This document shows positions 38,711 through 50,991 of a DNA stretch of 64,000 nucleotides, in pieces. Source of the stretch: Octopus sinensis (taxonomy: Eukaryota); contig NC_042999.1 of NCBI RefSeq assembly GCF_006345805.1, positions 558,001-622,000 on the forward strand, given 5' to 3'. Every line of letters begins with the position of its first letter. Position 1 is the stretch's first letter. The notes beneath the pieces are model-generated. The model worked only from the letters and a program-made list of their open reading frames with translations, ran no database searches and was not told the origin of the DNA. The translations under genes and the position numbers were made by a program.

Positions 38711-39464
38711 GTATACCTCTGTATGCGTGCATACGTATGTGCTTATGCATCTACGTATACTCTGACTCAAACGCACAGAACGAGACACATCTACACAGAC
38801 ATACTATTGCCTGCCTATACTCACGCACCAGAGCTATTTAACTCACTACTTCATTAAGCACAGCAGCAAGACACAAAGATAATTTTGTGTTTTCATTTCC
38901 TTCTTCTACGTAATCACCCATTGTCCAATCAGAATAACTATTCACCTATTGAGCGCCCATACATATTATTTGTCCACAACCCGACAAAATAACAGTGTTG
39001 TTTGTAATCCATAACAACCTTAATATTTATGCGTTATATGTGTTGTGTTTTTAGTAATAATGATACAATATAGAGTTAACAAGGAATAGTAGAACAATAT
39101 TCTATAAACGAAGATAAAATTAATGCTGACCCATTTTTCAGTTTCACATAACGACGTAACAAATCATTTTTAAAAGATATAAATGAAGGACCTATGTTTT
39201 ATCCATTGATGCGCTTCTCAGATATTGATGCTAAATTATAGACATGTGGTTCACTAAGACAGCAGTTTGTTAGATAATATGGAATGGTTATTTATTTTTG
39301 TAACATTCAATTTTAGAATAAATGGGTTGAATGTGAAAATACTCAAAAATGCGAAGAGCTTCATCACCTAAGTGCTGTTTATTCTCTCACAGTCAATATG
39401 TGTTTGTGTGTGTGTGAATATACATATTTATATTTATATATACATACATATTACGCAGACCCCA

Positions 39465-39527
<63 letters not shown>

Positions 39528-39537
39528 GACACAAAAA

Positions 39538-39662
39538 TGGCTGTGTGGTAAAAAGCTTGCAGTGGCACCTTCGGCAAGTGGCACCTTCTATAGCCTCGGC
39601 AGACCAAAGCCTTGTGAGTGAATTTGGTAGATTGATGGAAACTGATAGAAGCCCGTCGTATG

Positions 39663-39708
<46 letters not shown>

Positions 39709-39909
39709 TCACCCCACCATAGCTTGACAACCGATGTTGGTGTGTTTACGTCCCCTTAAACCAGCCGATCGGCAGATGAGACCGATAGAATAAGTACTAG
39801 GCTTACAAAGAATAAGTCCTGGGGTCAATTTGCTCGACTAAAGGCCTGCTCCAGCATGGCCGCGGTCAAATGACTAAAACAAGTAAAAGAATAAAAGAAT
39901 ATAAGAATA
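39538..39909 (+). mobile_element. SINE family A
   Basis: Consensus match. Confidence 0.9.
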
Positions 39910-39913
39910 TATA

Positions 39914-41158
39914 CAGGGTGCGTAAGGTATTTGAGGACATAGGGTTTTTGGGTCATTGCTGCAATTTTTGCTAACTCTGTATAATCTCTGTTTCAGAAAA
40001 TAATAATGGCAGACCGTCTGGTTACTCAGGAAATAAAGACGCATGCTGTCATATGGTTATAAAGGCTGAGCTTTGTGATTTAGAAATATTTCGATTTTAA
40101 ATGTTGCCAGATTTTTCGTCTACAACGTTTGTAAAGAGCTAGAGACTGAAGATGGAAACGTATCACCATTATCAAAGAATAAAAAAAACATTCTAAAGGC
40201 TCTGAAATCATCAGAAAACCTGAATCTATCCATCAAGTTCAACAGGTCATTGATTATAATCCCAGAAAATTCATGAGATCAATTTAAAAAGATTTCTATG
40301 TGCCAGAAGGAACAGTCAGAAATATTGTCCACGAAGACATCAGATATAAGTCTTATATGATGAGGAAAGGTCAATCTGTCACTAGAAGCAAATGTAAATC
40401 ACTATAACAGATCTAAAAGGCACTTAAACAAACTAAACAATTCAGCAGAGGAAGATTTGGTTTGGTTTTTCTCAAACAAGAAAAACTTCGACCAAAATCA
40501 AAAAGTTAACAGAAGAAATGACAGATGGTTATGTGCAGACTCTTCTGAAGTTCCAAGTGTTATGCATACAAAATGTCCTGAAACTGATGTTTTGGGGTTT
40601 GTCGGCAACGAAGGACATGTGATGCCTCCTTCCTTCTTTCCACAAGGCCCAAGAGTTAACTCTGATGCCTACATTGTGATCCTGGAAATAATTGTTAAGC
40701 TCTGGCTAGACAGTGTATGCAATGGAAGCCCTTATGTGTTTCAGTAAGACTCTGCACTATCACACATGACACTAGTAACACAGAAATGGGTGGCTAAAAA
40801 TTTTCATGATCACATAAACCCTAAAATTTGGCCTCCTAATTCTCCAGATCTCAATCCATTAGAATATTATATGTGGAGCATTGTTCAAAGAGAGACCAAT
40901 AAACACGCCCATAACACCAAAGATTCTTTGAAAGCTGCCATAGAGTAACGTCCAAAATGAACCGGGACCACTTGATTTGAGCATGTACATGATTTAGATC
41001 TCATATAGAATCAGTTGTTGAAGTTGAAGGTGGCTTTATTGAATAACATTATAGAAAAGAAGGTTTCTTTTATCCTCATTGCATGAAGTTATTAAATTTT
41101 ATTATATATGTTTCTTTTTATAAATATAAATCTGTCCTCAAATATCTTACGCACCCTT
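39914..41158 (+). mobile_element. Near full-length DD37D (maT-type) transposon, decayed
   Basis: 26 bp TIRs cagggtgcgtaaggtatttgaggaca / tgtcctcaaatatcttacgcaccctt; WFFSNKKNF, VGNEGHVMPP, VFQ*DSA..37 aa..WPPNSPDLNPLEY. Confidence 0.9.
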
Positions 41159-41164
41159 CATATG

Positions 41165-41600
41165 TATTTCAGTCACAGATTGACCCGGGCCACGTCTGAC
41201 TGAATAGCACCATCTGATACGATCTGTTAAGTCATTCTAAAGTCAGGTTTTATGGTATCGTGGCTCAGTCAAGTAGGGAAGGAGTTACTGTTGACTGAGA
41301 CGTATCCAGATATTCGTCGCTTAACTGATAACCTTTTAAGAAATTTGCCCAGGTTTCGTTTAAAAGTGTTGAGATATTTTTCTTGTGGATTTGTTTTTCT
41401 ACAATGTTAAATAGAAGAGGAACGGTTGAGAAGAAGAAATTGTGTTGCAGTGAATTTATCTGAATTGTGTAGGGAGCGTCTTGACAGGGATCTCTCGTCC
41501 TGGATGAATTCTGAATGGAATTCAGAATATTAATGCTTTTACAGGAAGAGTGGTGACACCGAATTTGAAGTTTCGGTCCTCTAGCGTCCATTGAAATGTC
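41165..41600 (-). mobile_element. CR1/L2-group LINE 3' end, old
   Basis: SLQHNFFFSTVPLLFNIV; 3' motif tcag.tggtgctatt shared with 60310-60780. Confidence 0.65.
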
Positions 41601-41727
41601 GGATGAAGGTTAGCGGACAGAAATATCGAAGTCGTTATTACCATCCTTCTTGTAAGTTATAAGAAATATGTGTTCTACAAAAAATATTGAGCAACGTTTC
41701 TGTTTAATATAAAAGTAATTATGTTAT

Positions 41728-42111
41728 GTGGAGGCGCAATGGCCCAGTGTTGAGGGCAGCGGACTCGCGGTCATAGGATCGCAGTTTCGATTCCCAGGGC
41801 ATTGTGAGTGTTTATTGAGCGAGAACACCTAAAAGCTCCACGAGGCTCCGGCAGGGATGGTGGTGATCCCTGCTGTACTCTTTCACCACAACTTTCTCTC
41901 ACTGTTACTTCCTGTTTCTGTTGTACCTGTATTTCAAAGGGCCGGCCTTGTCACTCTCTGTGTCACGCTGAATATCCCCGAGAACTACGTTAAGGGTACA
42001 CGTGTCTGTGGAGTGCTCAGCCACTTACACGTTAATTTCACGAGCAGGCTGTTCCATTGATTCGGATCAACCGGAACCCTCGTCGTCGTAACCGACGGAG
42101 TGCTTCCATCC
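41728..42111 (+). mobile_element. SINE family C, full length
   Basis: 11 bp TSD aattatgttat (41717-41727, 42112-42122). Confidence 0.93.
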
Positions 42112-42259
42112 AATTATGTTATATAACACACATAAACACACACACACACACACACACAAGTATACATATACGTATCAACGAAAAAGTCCAGTGAAGATAG
42201 AGTCAGCAGATGCACTGGTAATCCGGGTAAAATGCTGGATTATGCTGGCCCGAGACACT

Positions 42260-42422
42260 CTTCACAATTCTTTCATTCTGTCTCTGTTTATTTTCTCTTA
42301 TTCCTTTCTGTTGAAGAGCTTAGGCTCGAAACCTAAAAGCCTTTTTCACTTTTCCCGAGCATCAAACTAATACACTTGCTTGTTGTTCACACATCTGTCT
42401 TTTGTTTTTCTATAAATTTCAA
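42260..42422 (+). mobile_element. Hammerhead-bearing TA-flanked element, copy 3
   Basis: CTTT-CTGTTGA-A-GAGC-TTAG-GCTC-GAAACCTA-AAAG at 42304-42339. Confidence 0.75.
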
Positions 42423-42665
42423 ATATATATATATATATATATATACTTATATATATATTTGAGTAGTTTTATGAATTATCTTATTACGGATAATTCGAAA
42501 GATAACCGATACCTGGGTAGCAAATTCACATAAGAAAGAACACGGTTGAAGCTACGTCCCTAGGGCATAGACTACATGTCTTCGTGCTGAAATTTGTATG
42601 TTTATTTTAAAATTATAAGTATATGAAAGAATGGAGTTGAACGACTAGTTAACAAATATCCTTTA

Positions 42666-42748
42666 TTCTCGACATATGTTTCGAAGGCTGCATATTCCTA
42701 ATTCCGAAGGAATAAGGAGTACATTATGCAGATTTCTCATCAGGAAAA
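42666..42748 (-). ncRNA. Type I hammerhead ribozyme with canonical core
   Basis: TTTTC-CTGATGA-GAAATCTGCATA..TATGCAGCCTTC-GAA-ACATATGT-C-GAGAA: GUC site, stem I 5 bp, extended stem II, palindromic stem III. Confidence 0.8.
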
Positions 42749-43036
42749 CCAAGGAAATTATGTCGACATTTATATATATATATATATATCGTTGCTTTTA
42801 CGTTAAACTGTCGTATGTCCAATCTTGGCCAAATGCGTACCATTCAATATTTATTTTTACTTGCAATAATCGGTTCTTTTGGTCAACCATCGTATCTCCA
42901 GTTGCTTCTGATGCCAAGCTATCAAAAATTCTGAAAGTGTAGTACAACGGTTTTGCTAAGGAATGGTGAAACTATTTTTTTCCTTTTCTGAAAAAGCAAG
43001 GTTTTGTACCTACGGCGCTTTTGCATAACACCAATG

Positions 43037-43074
<38 letters not shown>

Positions 43075-43349
43075 GGAAATCTCCCCTGTTTAACAATGGT
43101 TAGTTGTTTAGATATCATGCCAGTTTTAATTGATTTTGATAATATACATATTGTTCTTAAAATTGCTTATTCAATGCTTCTTTAGAAATCGTCAGTCCTG
43201 TCAACCTGAAAATATATCAAAATATTTGAACGGTTTCGTGTCGTCATTTCTTATACAATAGTCTGCCGATGTTATTCAATATTTTTTGTTTGTTTCTTTC
43301 GGTAATCAAGAGAATTATAACAAGTATTTACATTATTTAGCAAATAACA

Positions 43350-43560
43350 AAAATTGGAGGTGAGTTGGTAGGATCATTAGCGAGCCAGACAAAATGTCAT
43401 GCGGAAATTTTTTTTCGGCTGATAACGTTCTGAGTTCAAATTCCACCATGGCCGGCATAGTATTTCAGGTTCGGTTAAATAGGTACCAATTGAATATTGG
43501 AGTCGATCTAATCCACCAAAACCTCCCAACAATCGTGTTGGCCTTCTACCAAAATGTGAA
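43350..43560 (+). mobile_element. SINE family B, old copy
   Basis: ggaggtgagttgg head and gttctgagttcaaattcc B-box region. Confidence 0.65.
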
Positions 43561-43655
43561 AGCATTTCTTTGCATTTGCATTATGAATTTCACGTAGTTT
43601 ATTTTTCTAATTGTATCCAACAGCTGTTTCATATAGAAGAAATATCATTAAATGT

Positions 43656-44043
43656 AACTCTCTTTTACTTGTTTCAGTTATTTGACTGTGGCCATGCTGG
43701 AACACCACCTTTAGTCGAGCAAAACGATCCCAGGACTTATTCTTTGTAAGCATAGTACTTATTATATCGGTCTCTTTTGCCGAACCGCTAAGTTATGGGG
43801 ACGTAAATACACCAGCATCGGTTGTGGAGCAATGCTAGGTGGGGGGGAGCAAATACAAACACACATATATACATATATACAACGGCCTTCCTTCAGTTTC
43901 CGTCTACGAAATCAACTCACAAGGCTTTGGTCGGCCCGAGGCTATAGTAGAAGACACTTGTCTAAGGTGCTACGCAGTGGGACTGAACCCGGAACCATGT
44001 GGTTGGTAAACAAGCTACTTACCACACAGCCACTCCTACGCCC
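43656..44043 (-). mobile_element. SINE family A
   Basis: Consensus match. Confidence 0.92.
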
Positions 44044-44100
44044 GATATATAATTATATAATTGTGGTATATAATTTATAAATTTAACTGAACCTGGAAAC

Positions 44101-44222
44101 GGTTAGTTAGTTAGTTAGTTAGTTAATTTGGCTCAAAAGCAAATAGCAAGGCCATGTAGGGGGACATGGAGTTAAGTACAGGGTGGTGTTCATGTAAAGA
44201 GTTCAGGCCACTTGAGGTCCGA
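44101..44222 (-). mobile_element. Possible LINE 3' end with (TAAC)n tail
   Basis: Short GC-richer island ending in (ttag)n on +; no family assigned. Confidence 0.35.
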
Positions 44223-44704
44223 GAAACTAGCGTCGTATGAGCACAGATATTCCTGGAATGTTTTAATTTAATTATGACCACTTTAAAATGTGGAGGTTTC
44301 TATTGAATTATATTATAACAGAAATTCGGAAACCGCTAAAACCTAAGCAAAAACTGGAATTGAGAAGGTTACGATATTGCGACGGTAAAAAGTCCCTCCA
44401 ACTAATAGGGAAAATGACATTCGGGTGATCCTTATACATGTAGTGACAAGGGTCTTTGTCAACTGGGCACAACTCTGAAATGAACTTGCTTTTTTCGAGG
44501 ACTCTCTATTTTTCACGATTTGCCACATATATTTTCATGTCATCCATGCTTTAATAATCCCTCATAATGCTGTATTGAAGTGACGACCCGGAATCATGTG
44601 GTTGTTGGGAAGCAAGTTTCTTATCACAGTCACATTGTATACAAAATGATTTTACGAATGCTAATTTTCAAATCAAAATTGAGAGGATAAGGTGCATTTG
44701 AAAA

Positions 44705-45010
44705 GATATATCTATCGGTCTCTTGCGGAACCGCTAATTTACGGTGACGTAAACACACCAGCATCAGTTGTCAAGCGATGTTGGGGGGGGGGACAAACAC
44801 AGACACATAAACATATACACACACACACACATATATATACATATATACGATGGGCTTCTTTCAGTTTCCGTTTACCAAATCTACTTACAAGGCTTTGGTC
44901 GACCCGAGGCTATAGTAGAAGACACTTGCCCAAAGTGCCACGCAGTGGGACTGAACCCGGAACTATGTGGTTTGTAAACAAGCTACTAACCACATAGCCA
45001 CTCCTACGCC
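44705..45010 (-). mobile_element. SINE family A, tail lost
   Basis: Consensus match. Confidence 0.9.
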
Positions 45011-45931
45011 TCAATATGCATAAACATCAAAACATTTGTGAAAATGTTAAATTACAAAAACTGCATGTGTGTCATAGTTGCTGATATTACCCATAGTGTC
45101 AAAAGCATACTTACAAATTCACGTGTCAGATGACGGGTATTAGTGTAGTAATACGTAAAACGCAACAACATCATGATCAGTTGCTAAAGGCATACGAAAC
45201 TTTTGCGGTTTTGGCTTCAAACACTTTATATATATTTATATTTAAATTTGTCTTTTAATCTTAATCGCCATTTTAAAATTTCAACACAAGGATTTATTTT
45301 CGATTATATTTCTAGTATGTGTTTGTCTTGCTTCAGGATTCCATTCACTTACCGAGTAAAAGAAACAAACTCCATTTTATTGTCAAAGTCTCTTTCATTG
45401 TCACTCTCGACATGCGTAATGTATACACACACATATGTATGTATGTAAATATGTATTTATATATATATACATACATGTATGAAGAAATATATGTGGAAGA
45501 ATGTATGCGTGCATGCATACAGATATACATATAAAATCATGTCACCATACGCATATATATGTATATTGATATATTCCAAAATGTACGGAAATATATAAAT
45601 GTTTATATATTTATGGGTACATGGGTATTTATTTTAATTGTTGTTCATCATGTTGATATTTCCTACTGTCAAACATAATATAGTATTTCAAACATATTTT
45701 TGTTATAATATATATGTAAACGTTTTCAAATTGAAGTTAATTTCTTTTCTTTAAATATGAATGGAAATAAGAATTGTTGGAGGCATTGCAAAGTGGTTTT
45801 ATTTTTCTTTTAGGAATTACGTTCGCCTCCTCTCTATACTATAATTACATCTCTCTACGATTTTATATATGGTTGTAAATGAATATATATATGTATATGT
45901 GTGTATATAAATGTATGTATATCTTTTTTTG

Positions 45932-46338
45932 CTCTTCTTACTTGTTTCAGTCATTTCACTGCGGCCATGCTGGAGCACCGCCTTTAATCGAGCAACTCGA
46001 CCCCGGGACTTATTCTTTTGTAAGCCCAGTACTTATTCTATCGGTCTACTTTGCCGAACCGCTAAGTGACGGGGACGTAAACACACCAGCGTCGGTTGTC
46101 AAGCAATGCTAGGGGGGCAAACACAGACACACAAACACACACACACACATACATATACATATATATATACATATACGACAGGCTTCTTTCAGTTTCCGTC
46201 TACCAAATCCACTCACAAGGCATTGGTCGGCCCGGGGCTATAGCAGAAGACACTTGTCTAAGGTGCCACGCAGTGGGACTGAACCTGGAACCATGTGGTT
46301 GGTTAGCAAGCTACTTACCACACAGCCACTCCTGCGCC
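45932..46338 (-). mobile_element. SINE family A, young full copy
   Basis: Near-consensus throughout. Confidence 0.93.
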
Positions 46339-46789
46339 TATATAAATCCTGCGCCTATATAAATATATGTTAATATTTTGTTATAAATAAATGTGTCGTG
46401 GTAAAAGTTATACGTTTTCCGTGTATTTTCTATTCTGTTATAAAGTTAACATACAGTCGGAACGAGTTACGATTGTGACATGAACGTGAATCAAGATTTA
46501 ATAGCAACATAATGACACGTTAAGGCTAAGTAGACCACGTTATGCTGTTCATTTTAAAGTAATTGACTCTCGTTCATAAGAAAATGGATATTTCCCGATT
46601 CTGCATTATATAATTTTCAACATGTTGATTTACGTTATAATTAACATGGCGATATTTATAGCATCATATTTTTTACACATACTCACAATTCACACACATA
46701 TAAATAAATGTGTTTGCATATATGTATGTGTGTGTGTGCGCGCGCGCGTGTGTGTGTATGTGTGTGTGTGTGCGTGTGTGTTCTTTTCT

Positions 46790-47000
46790 TCTTTTCTTCT
46801 TTTCTTCGTTTCAGTCACGTGACTGCGGCCATGCTGGAGCACCGCCTTTAATCGAACAGCTTGACCCCCAGGAATTATTCTTTGTAAGCCCAGTACTTAT
46901 TCTATCGGTCTCTTTTGCCGAACCGCAAAGTTACGGAGACATAAGCACACCAACAACGGTTGTCAAGCGATGGTGTCGAGGACAAACACACACACACACA

Positions 47001-47047
<47 letters not shown>

Positions 47048-47080
47048 ACACACACACAGAGACACACACACACACACACA
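46790..47080 (-). mobile_element. SINE family A, 3' half
   Basis: Tail and body up to the (CA)n tract. Confidence 0.88.
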
Positions 47081-48119
47081 CAGTGTATGCCGGAAGGTTT
47101 GGAAATGTAACGGATGCCTTGAAAAGACATTTAAGCTCAGAATGTAAAGACGGAAGAACTGCTCCTAAGCACTTTGCCCCGCCTTTGTACATACATATGT
47201 ATGTATTGCTGTTGCGAGGATGAAGAATATGTAAAATCGTAGAAACAACGAAAATGCTTTGTCATGATCTTTTAACTGGGAATTGACATTCTGTGTTACG
47301 CCATACAAGTTTAGCTATGGTCAAATTTTTGGTTCGCTATATCAAAATTCTGTCAACTCAACCCCTTCCATTTTTCCTTAAATTAAAAGCAATTCTTAAT
47401 TCGTTATACTTTTTTGAAACCAACCTATCTACCAATTCTCTTCATTTCTTGGAACATTCAAGGAGATTCTCCTCAGTTTATAATGCATCACGTGTTATCT
47501 GATGCATTCATGAAATATCCCAATTATAACAATAATTTCTTCTTTTTTTCTCTGCCCGGATAACAACGATACGGATATTGCGTACCGCAACCCATTAAAA
47601 ATGGTGGTCCAATATTCATCCAATAATAATCATTCATTTATAGGGGCTAAAAGTCTTTCATGAAGTGACAAAGAATAGAATTTCTTTACTGGATTGCGAT
47701 GGAGACAATGCTGGGTAACACTTTGACATTATCATGATTGATAACTACTAACCTAAGGGATATAATTATGCAAGGCTAACATTGAGGTCCTTACAGAATA
47801 ATGGCGTTGACATAAGAGAAAGAATAGTATAATATATCAGTGGAAGTAATTGAAAGAGATTTTGAAGCATTAACAATTTATAAAATATTGCTGGACGCCA
47901 TCTGTTTTTATGTGTATATCTATTTATTTATTTGAAGTAACATTATGATGATATCAGTGCGATTGAGGGAGAAGTGTGTTTCATTGAAGCAGAGAAGCGG
48001 AGAACTTTGAAACGTGAAGGCTTGTCAGGTGGAAATATATCTAACAGGTAAGAGCTAAGGATTTAATAGTTTTATATATTCTTAGCAGCAGAAGAATTGA
48101 TGTAACACTGTCACAAATA

Positions 48120-48900
48120 ACTGAAGCACACTGATAAAAGATCTTCGTGATGTATCTATTCCGCTACTCAGCGTCGTTTTGAGGATTGTCAAAAGACAGG
48201 GTCCATTAACTTTGGATAACAAAATACTGTAGGGTGAAAACATGTCCCTGCATTTTAGACATTTAGTTAGCAGTGAGTATTGAGCATTCATAGCACTCTC
48301 TCACTCTCCATCTGTGCCTGTGTGCGTATTATGCATATATTATCCGAAATATACAATATTATATAACCATTACGGATGATTTTACCAATCGGTTTCGCGC
48401 AAGGAATACAATGGAGTGTTAGATAACAATCCTATTATATAACCTTACGCTCATCAGAGTCAGCCGATATGGAAGGGAATATGGCGTCTGCTCTCTACTG
48501 TCGGAAGTGGATATTACATCCGGTTTGCTGCTGCTGTGAGAAAGGTAGCGAAACGAAAAAAGGGCATGGGGATTAGGTTGGGAGTTATGGCCCTCTGTTA
48601 GGTAAGCTGCAAGGCCTCATTGGTGTAGATGTATCTTCCTCTGTCATACTATACATCCTCGTCGGTTTTATTGATCTGTCGACTGCCATTCTGCATAAGA
48701 GTGTATGTTGCAGCATCTAAACATTTGTTTCTATATTTGCAAACATACTTAATAGAGTTAACACAGTTGCAGAAGTCAACATTGACTCTGGCTACCTGTA
48801 CATGGCTTTGCTTCACTGTAGAATACTGATCGTCTACATCTATCCAGTCTTCTCTTGTAGAGATTGAGAACATTGTTCGCGGAAACTTTTTTGAAAATTA
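48120..48900 (-). pseudogene. Decayed Helitron Rep/helicase fragments
   Basis: SKKFPR..ARVNVDFCNCVNSIKYVCKYRNKCLD..DEDV*YDRGRYIYTNEAL resembles Helitron HINVEFCNSVKSIKYICKYVNKGSD..DEI..Y..GRYISSNEA; LLSKVNGPCLLTILKT resembles LLH.VRGPTSF..LKT. Confidence 0.75.
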
Positions 48901-50047
48901 AAATGGGGATTAAATGATAAAAGGAGTTACGTGAACATCTTCACAAGAGCGATTAAAATAAATGGCGACTGTTGAACACCCCACGCACACACCCACACAG
49001 AGGGACACACATAGATACAATACCAAGCATTAGATGAAATAGACCTGTATGTATGGGAGAGAGAGAGGAAATGAAGGGGTGTGTTGTCATGTATACGTAC
49101 ATAAATAAATAAGCATACATCTTTTTTGTATGTAAGTGTACGTGCGTGTGTGTGTGTAAGGGAGAGAAAGAGAGTGCCACTTAGACATCACTCCTTTCTC
49201 TCTCTTTCTCAGTGTTTGTGTCTCACACATACACGCTCACATGCATACAAATAAGATGTATGCATGTATATTTATGTATGTTCGTATACATGACGACACA
49301 CCTCCAATCTCTCTCGCATACACACAAACACAAGCACACTCACATATATGAATTTATACAAACGTACATACAAAACCACACGTTTGCGTGTGACTGACTA
49401 CAATTACATAGAACTGAATACGGCGCGCAAAGAGTAAATAAATTTTAAATTCTTAAGGAAGTTAACGAGGGTTCAAGCGAAAGAATGCTCATATTTTTTT
49501 GCAAATGTCTTCTGTGATATCTGTGCAATAAGGAAATCAAACGTGGAGTGGTTGCATGAGAGGGAGATAGATAGAGAAAGAGAGTGGAAAGGAGCAGAGA
49601 GAGAACATTGCGAATAATGAATGAAATGGAAAAATCGTATGAATAAAAGAACGTTAAAAACCATCTTGTACTGAAAATTTAAATTTGTGAAATTAGTAAA
49701 TATTTTTTCAGTAATTTATCGCAGTCATTTGTAAATAGCGAATTGAAATTTGAAAAGAAAACACTGAAATAAAGAGTGAGAGGTTTCACAAATGAAAACA
49801 GAAAACTTCGCTGTTGCTACGTCAGTACCGGAAGTTGACAATGAGAAACCTTTTTAAAGAAGTGAATCATAAATATAAGGTAATATTATTTATTTTTTAT
49901 TTAAAAAAAACTAAAACTAAACTGAGGACCCTATTATGTATCCGATGTTAAATTATTCATGCATCCCATATATGGAAGCATTTCGCGAAGCCATTTTCGC
50001 GTAAAAAGCGAATACGTACGCACACACACTGGTCTATTTTATCATAC

Positions 50048-50093
<46 letters not shown>

Positions 50094-50156
50094 AAAAAAT
50101 GAAGTTCGAAAATGCTGCTATATTAGACACATTTTTAATATTTATATATACATTAT

Positions 50157-50205
50157 TTATTTAACATGTTTCGGTTCTTGAAATGATGAACCTTATCAAA
50201 AAAAA
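50157..50205 (-). ncRNA. Hammerhead motif with U3-A8 covariant core
   Basis: TTGATAA-GGTTC-ATCATTTCAA-GAACC-GAA-ACATGT-T-AAAT; stem II 5 bp; weak A/U stem I. Confidence 0.6.
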
Positions 50206-50531
50206 TTATATATAAAAAAGATAGTTCATGCTATCAATATAAAAAATCATATATAATATACAATAGAGTCAGACATCAAAAGTTCATATATAGTGAAGTG
50301 AGTTCATGCTATATGTTTAAAGTGTATGATGTAGTAGTTCATAGTGGTGATATGCATTCAATATAAAAAAATAGTTCATAGTGGTGATATGCATTCAATA
50401 TAAAAACTTGATGTTCTTGAAAAAGCGAGGAATTCATTTTAGATTTTACCTTGAGCAACTGTGATGACTTTTGGTCGGTGTCCGCTCGGACAGTTCTGGC
50501 GAACCTTGTGAATTGTTTGGGTTTTATATCA

Positions 50532-50850
50532 CCTGTTAGGTGGCCAGTCCAGCGGAACGAGACGTCATCAACGTTTTGACCAATCGTTTCGTTAGGTGGC
50601 TAGTCAAGCAGAACGGGACGTCATCAATATTCTGACCAATCAGAATCGGGTCCGACCTATAGCTGTATTAGATCTGCCCCATGTCTGTATCCTGTTAGGT
50701 GGCCAGTCCAGCGTAACGGGACGTCATCACTGTTTTGACCAATCATCCCGTTAGGTGGCCAGTCCAGCAGAACGAGACGTCATCAATGTGTTGACCAATC
50801 AGAATCGGGTCTGACCTTTAGCTGTATCGTATGTGGCCAGTCCATCAGGA
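50532..50850 (-). promoter_or_regulatory. Four ~57 bp repeats each with CRE-like GACGTCA and a CCAAT box
   Basis: Units start near 50532, 50590, 50691 and 50748, arranged (unit-unit-spacer)x2. Confidence 0.6.
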
Positions 50851-50991
50851 TTAGATCTGTTCGAAGAGATCTTTTTATAATTTTTTTCCCTTTTCCCTAA
50901 GACATATTTCCTTCAGTGTGAGTGAATGTTTAAGGTAGCGGCCGTGGTGGAATTTTGCTTCTCCTTTTCGGAGGACCAATCTTTTGTTTTA

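Noticed and set aside
40146-40162. CTGAAGA-TG-GAAACGTA inside the maT element
   Set aside because: No stem II possible; chance match in transposase coding sequence
41728-41800. tRNA genes at SINE heads (also 6509, 34483, 19880)
   Set aside because: No complete acceptor stem, and each continues into a SINE body with TSDs
45126-45165. Decayed hammerhead-like cagatga-cgggtatta..taatacgt-aaaacgc
   Set aside because: Both core halves are mutated and there is no stem III or I; at most a fossil
47937-48046. Plus-strand exon ending CAG/GTAAGA
   Set aside because: The only open frame begins with TAA at the acceptor, and the region may be antisense Helitron remnant
50532-50850. CRISPR-like repeat array
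   Set aside because: Units are adjacent with no unique spacers, in eukaryotic retroelement context with no cas genes
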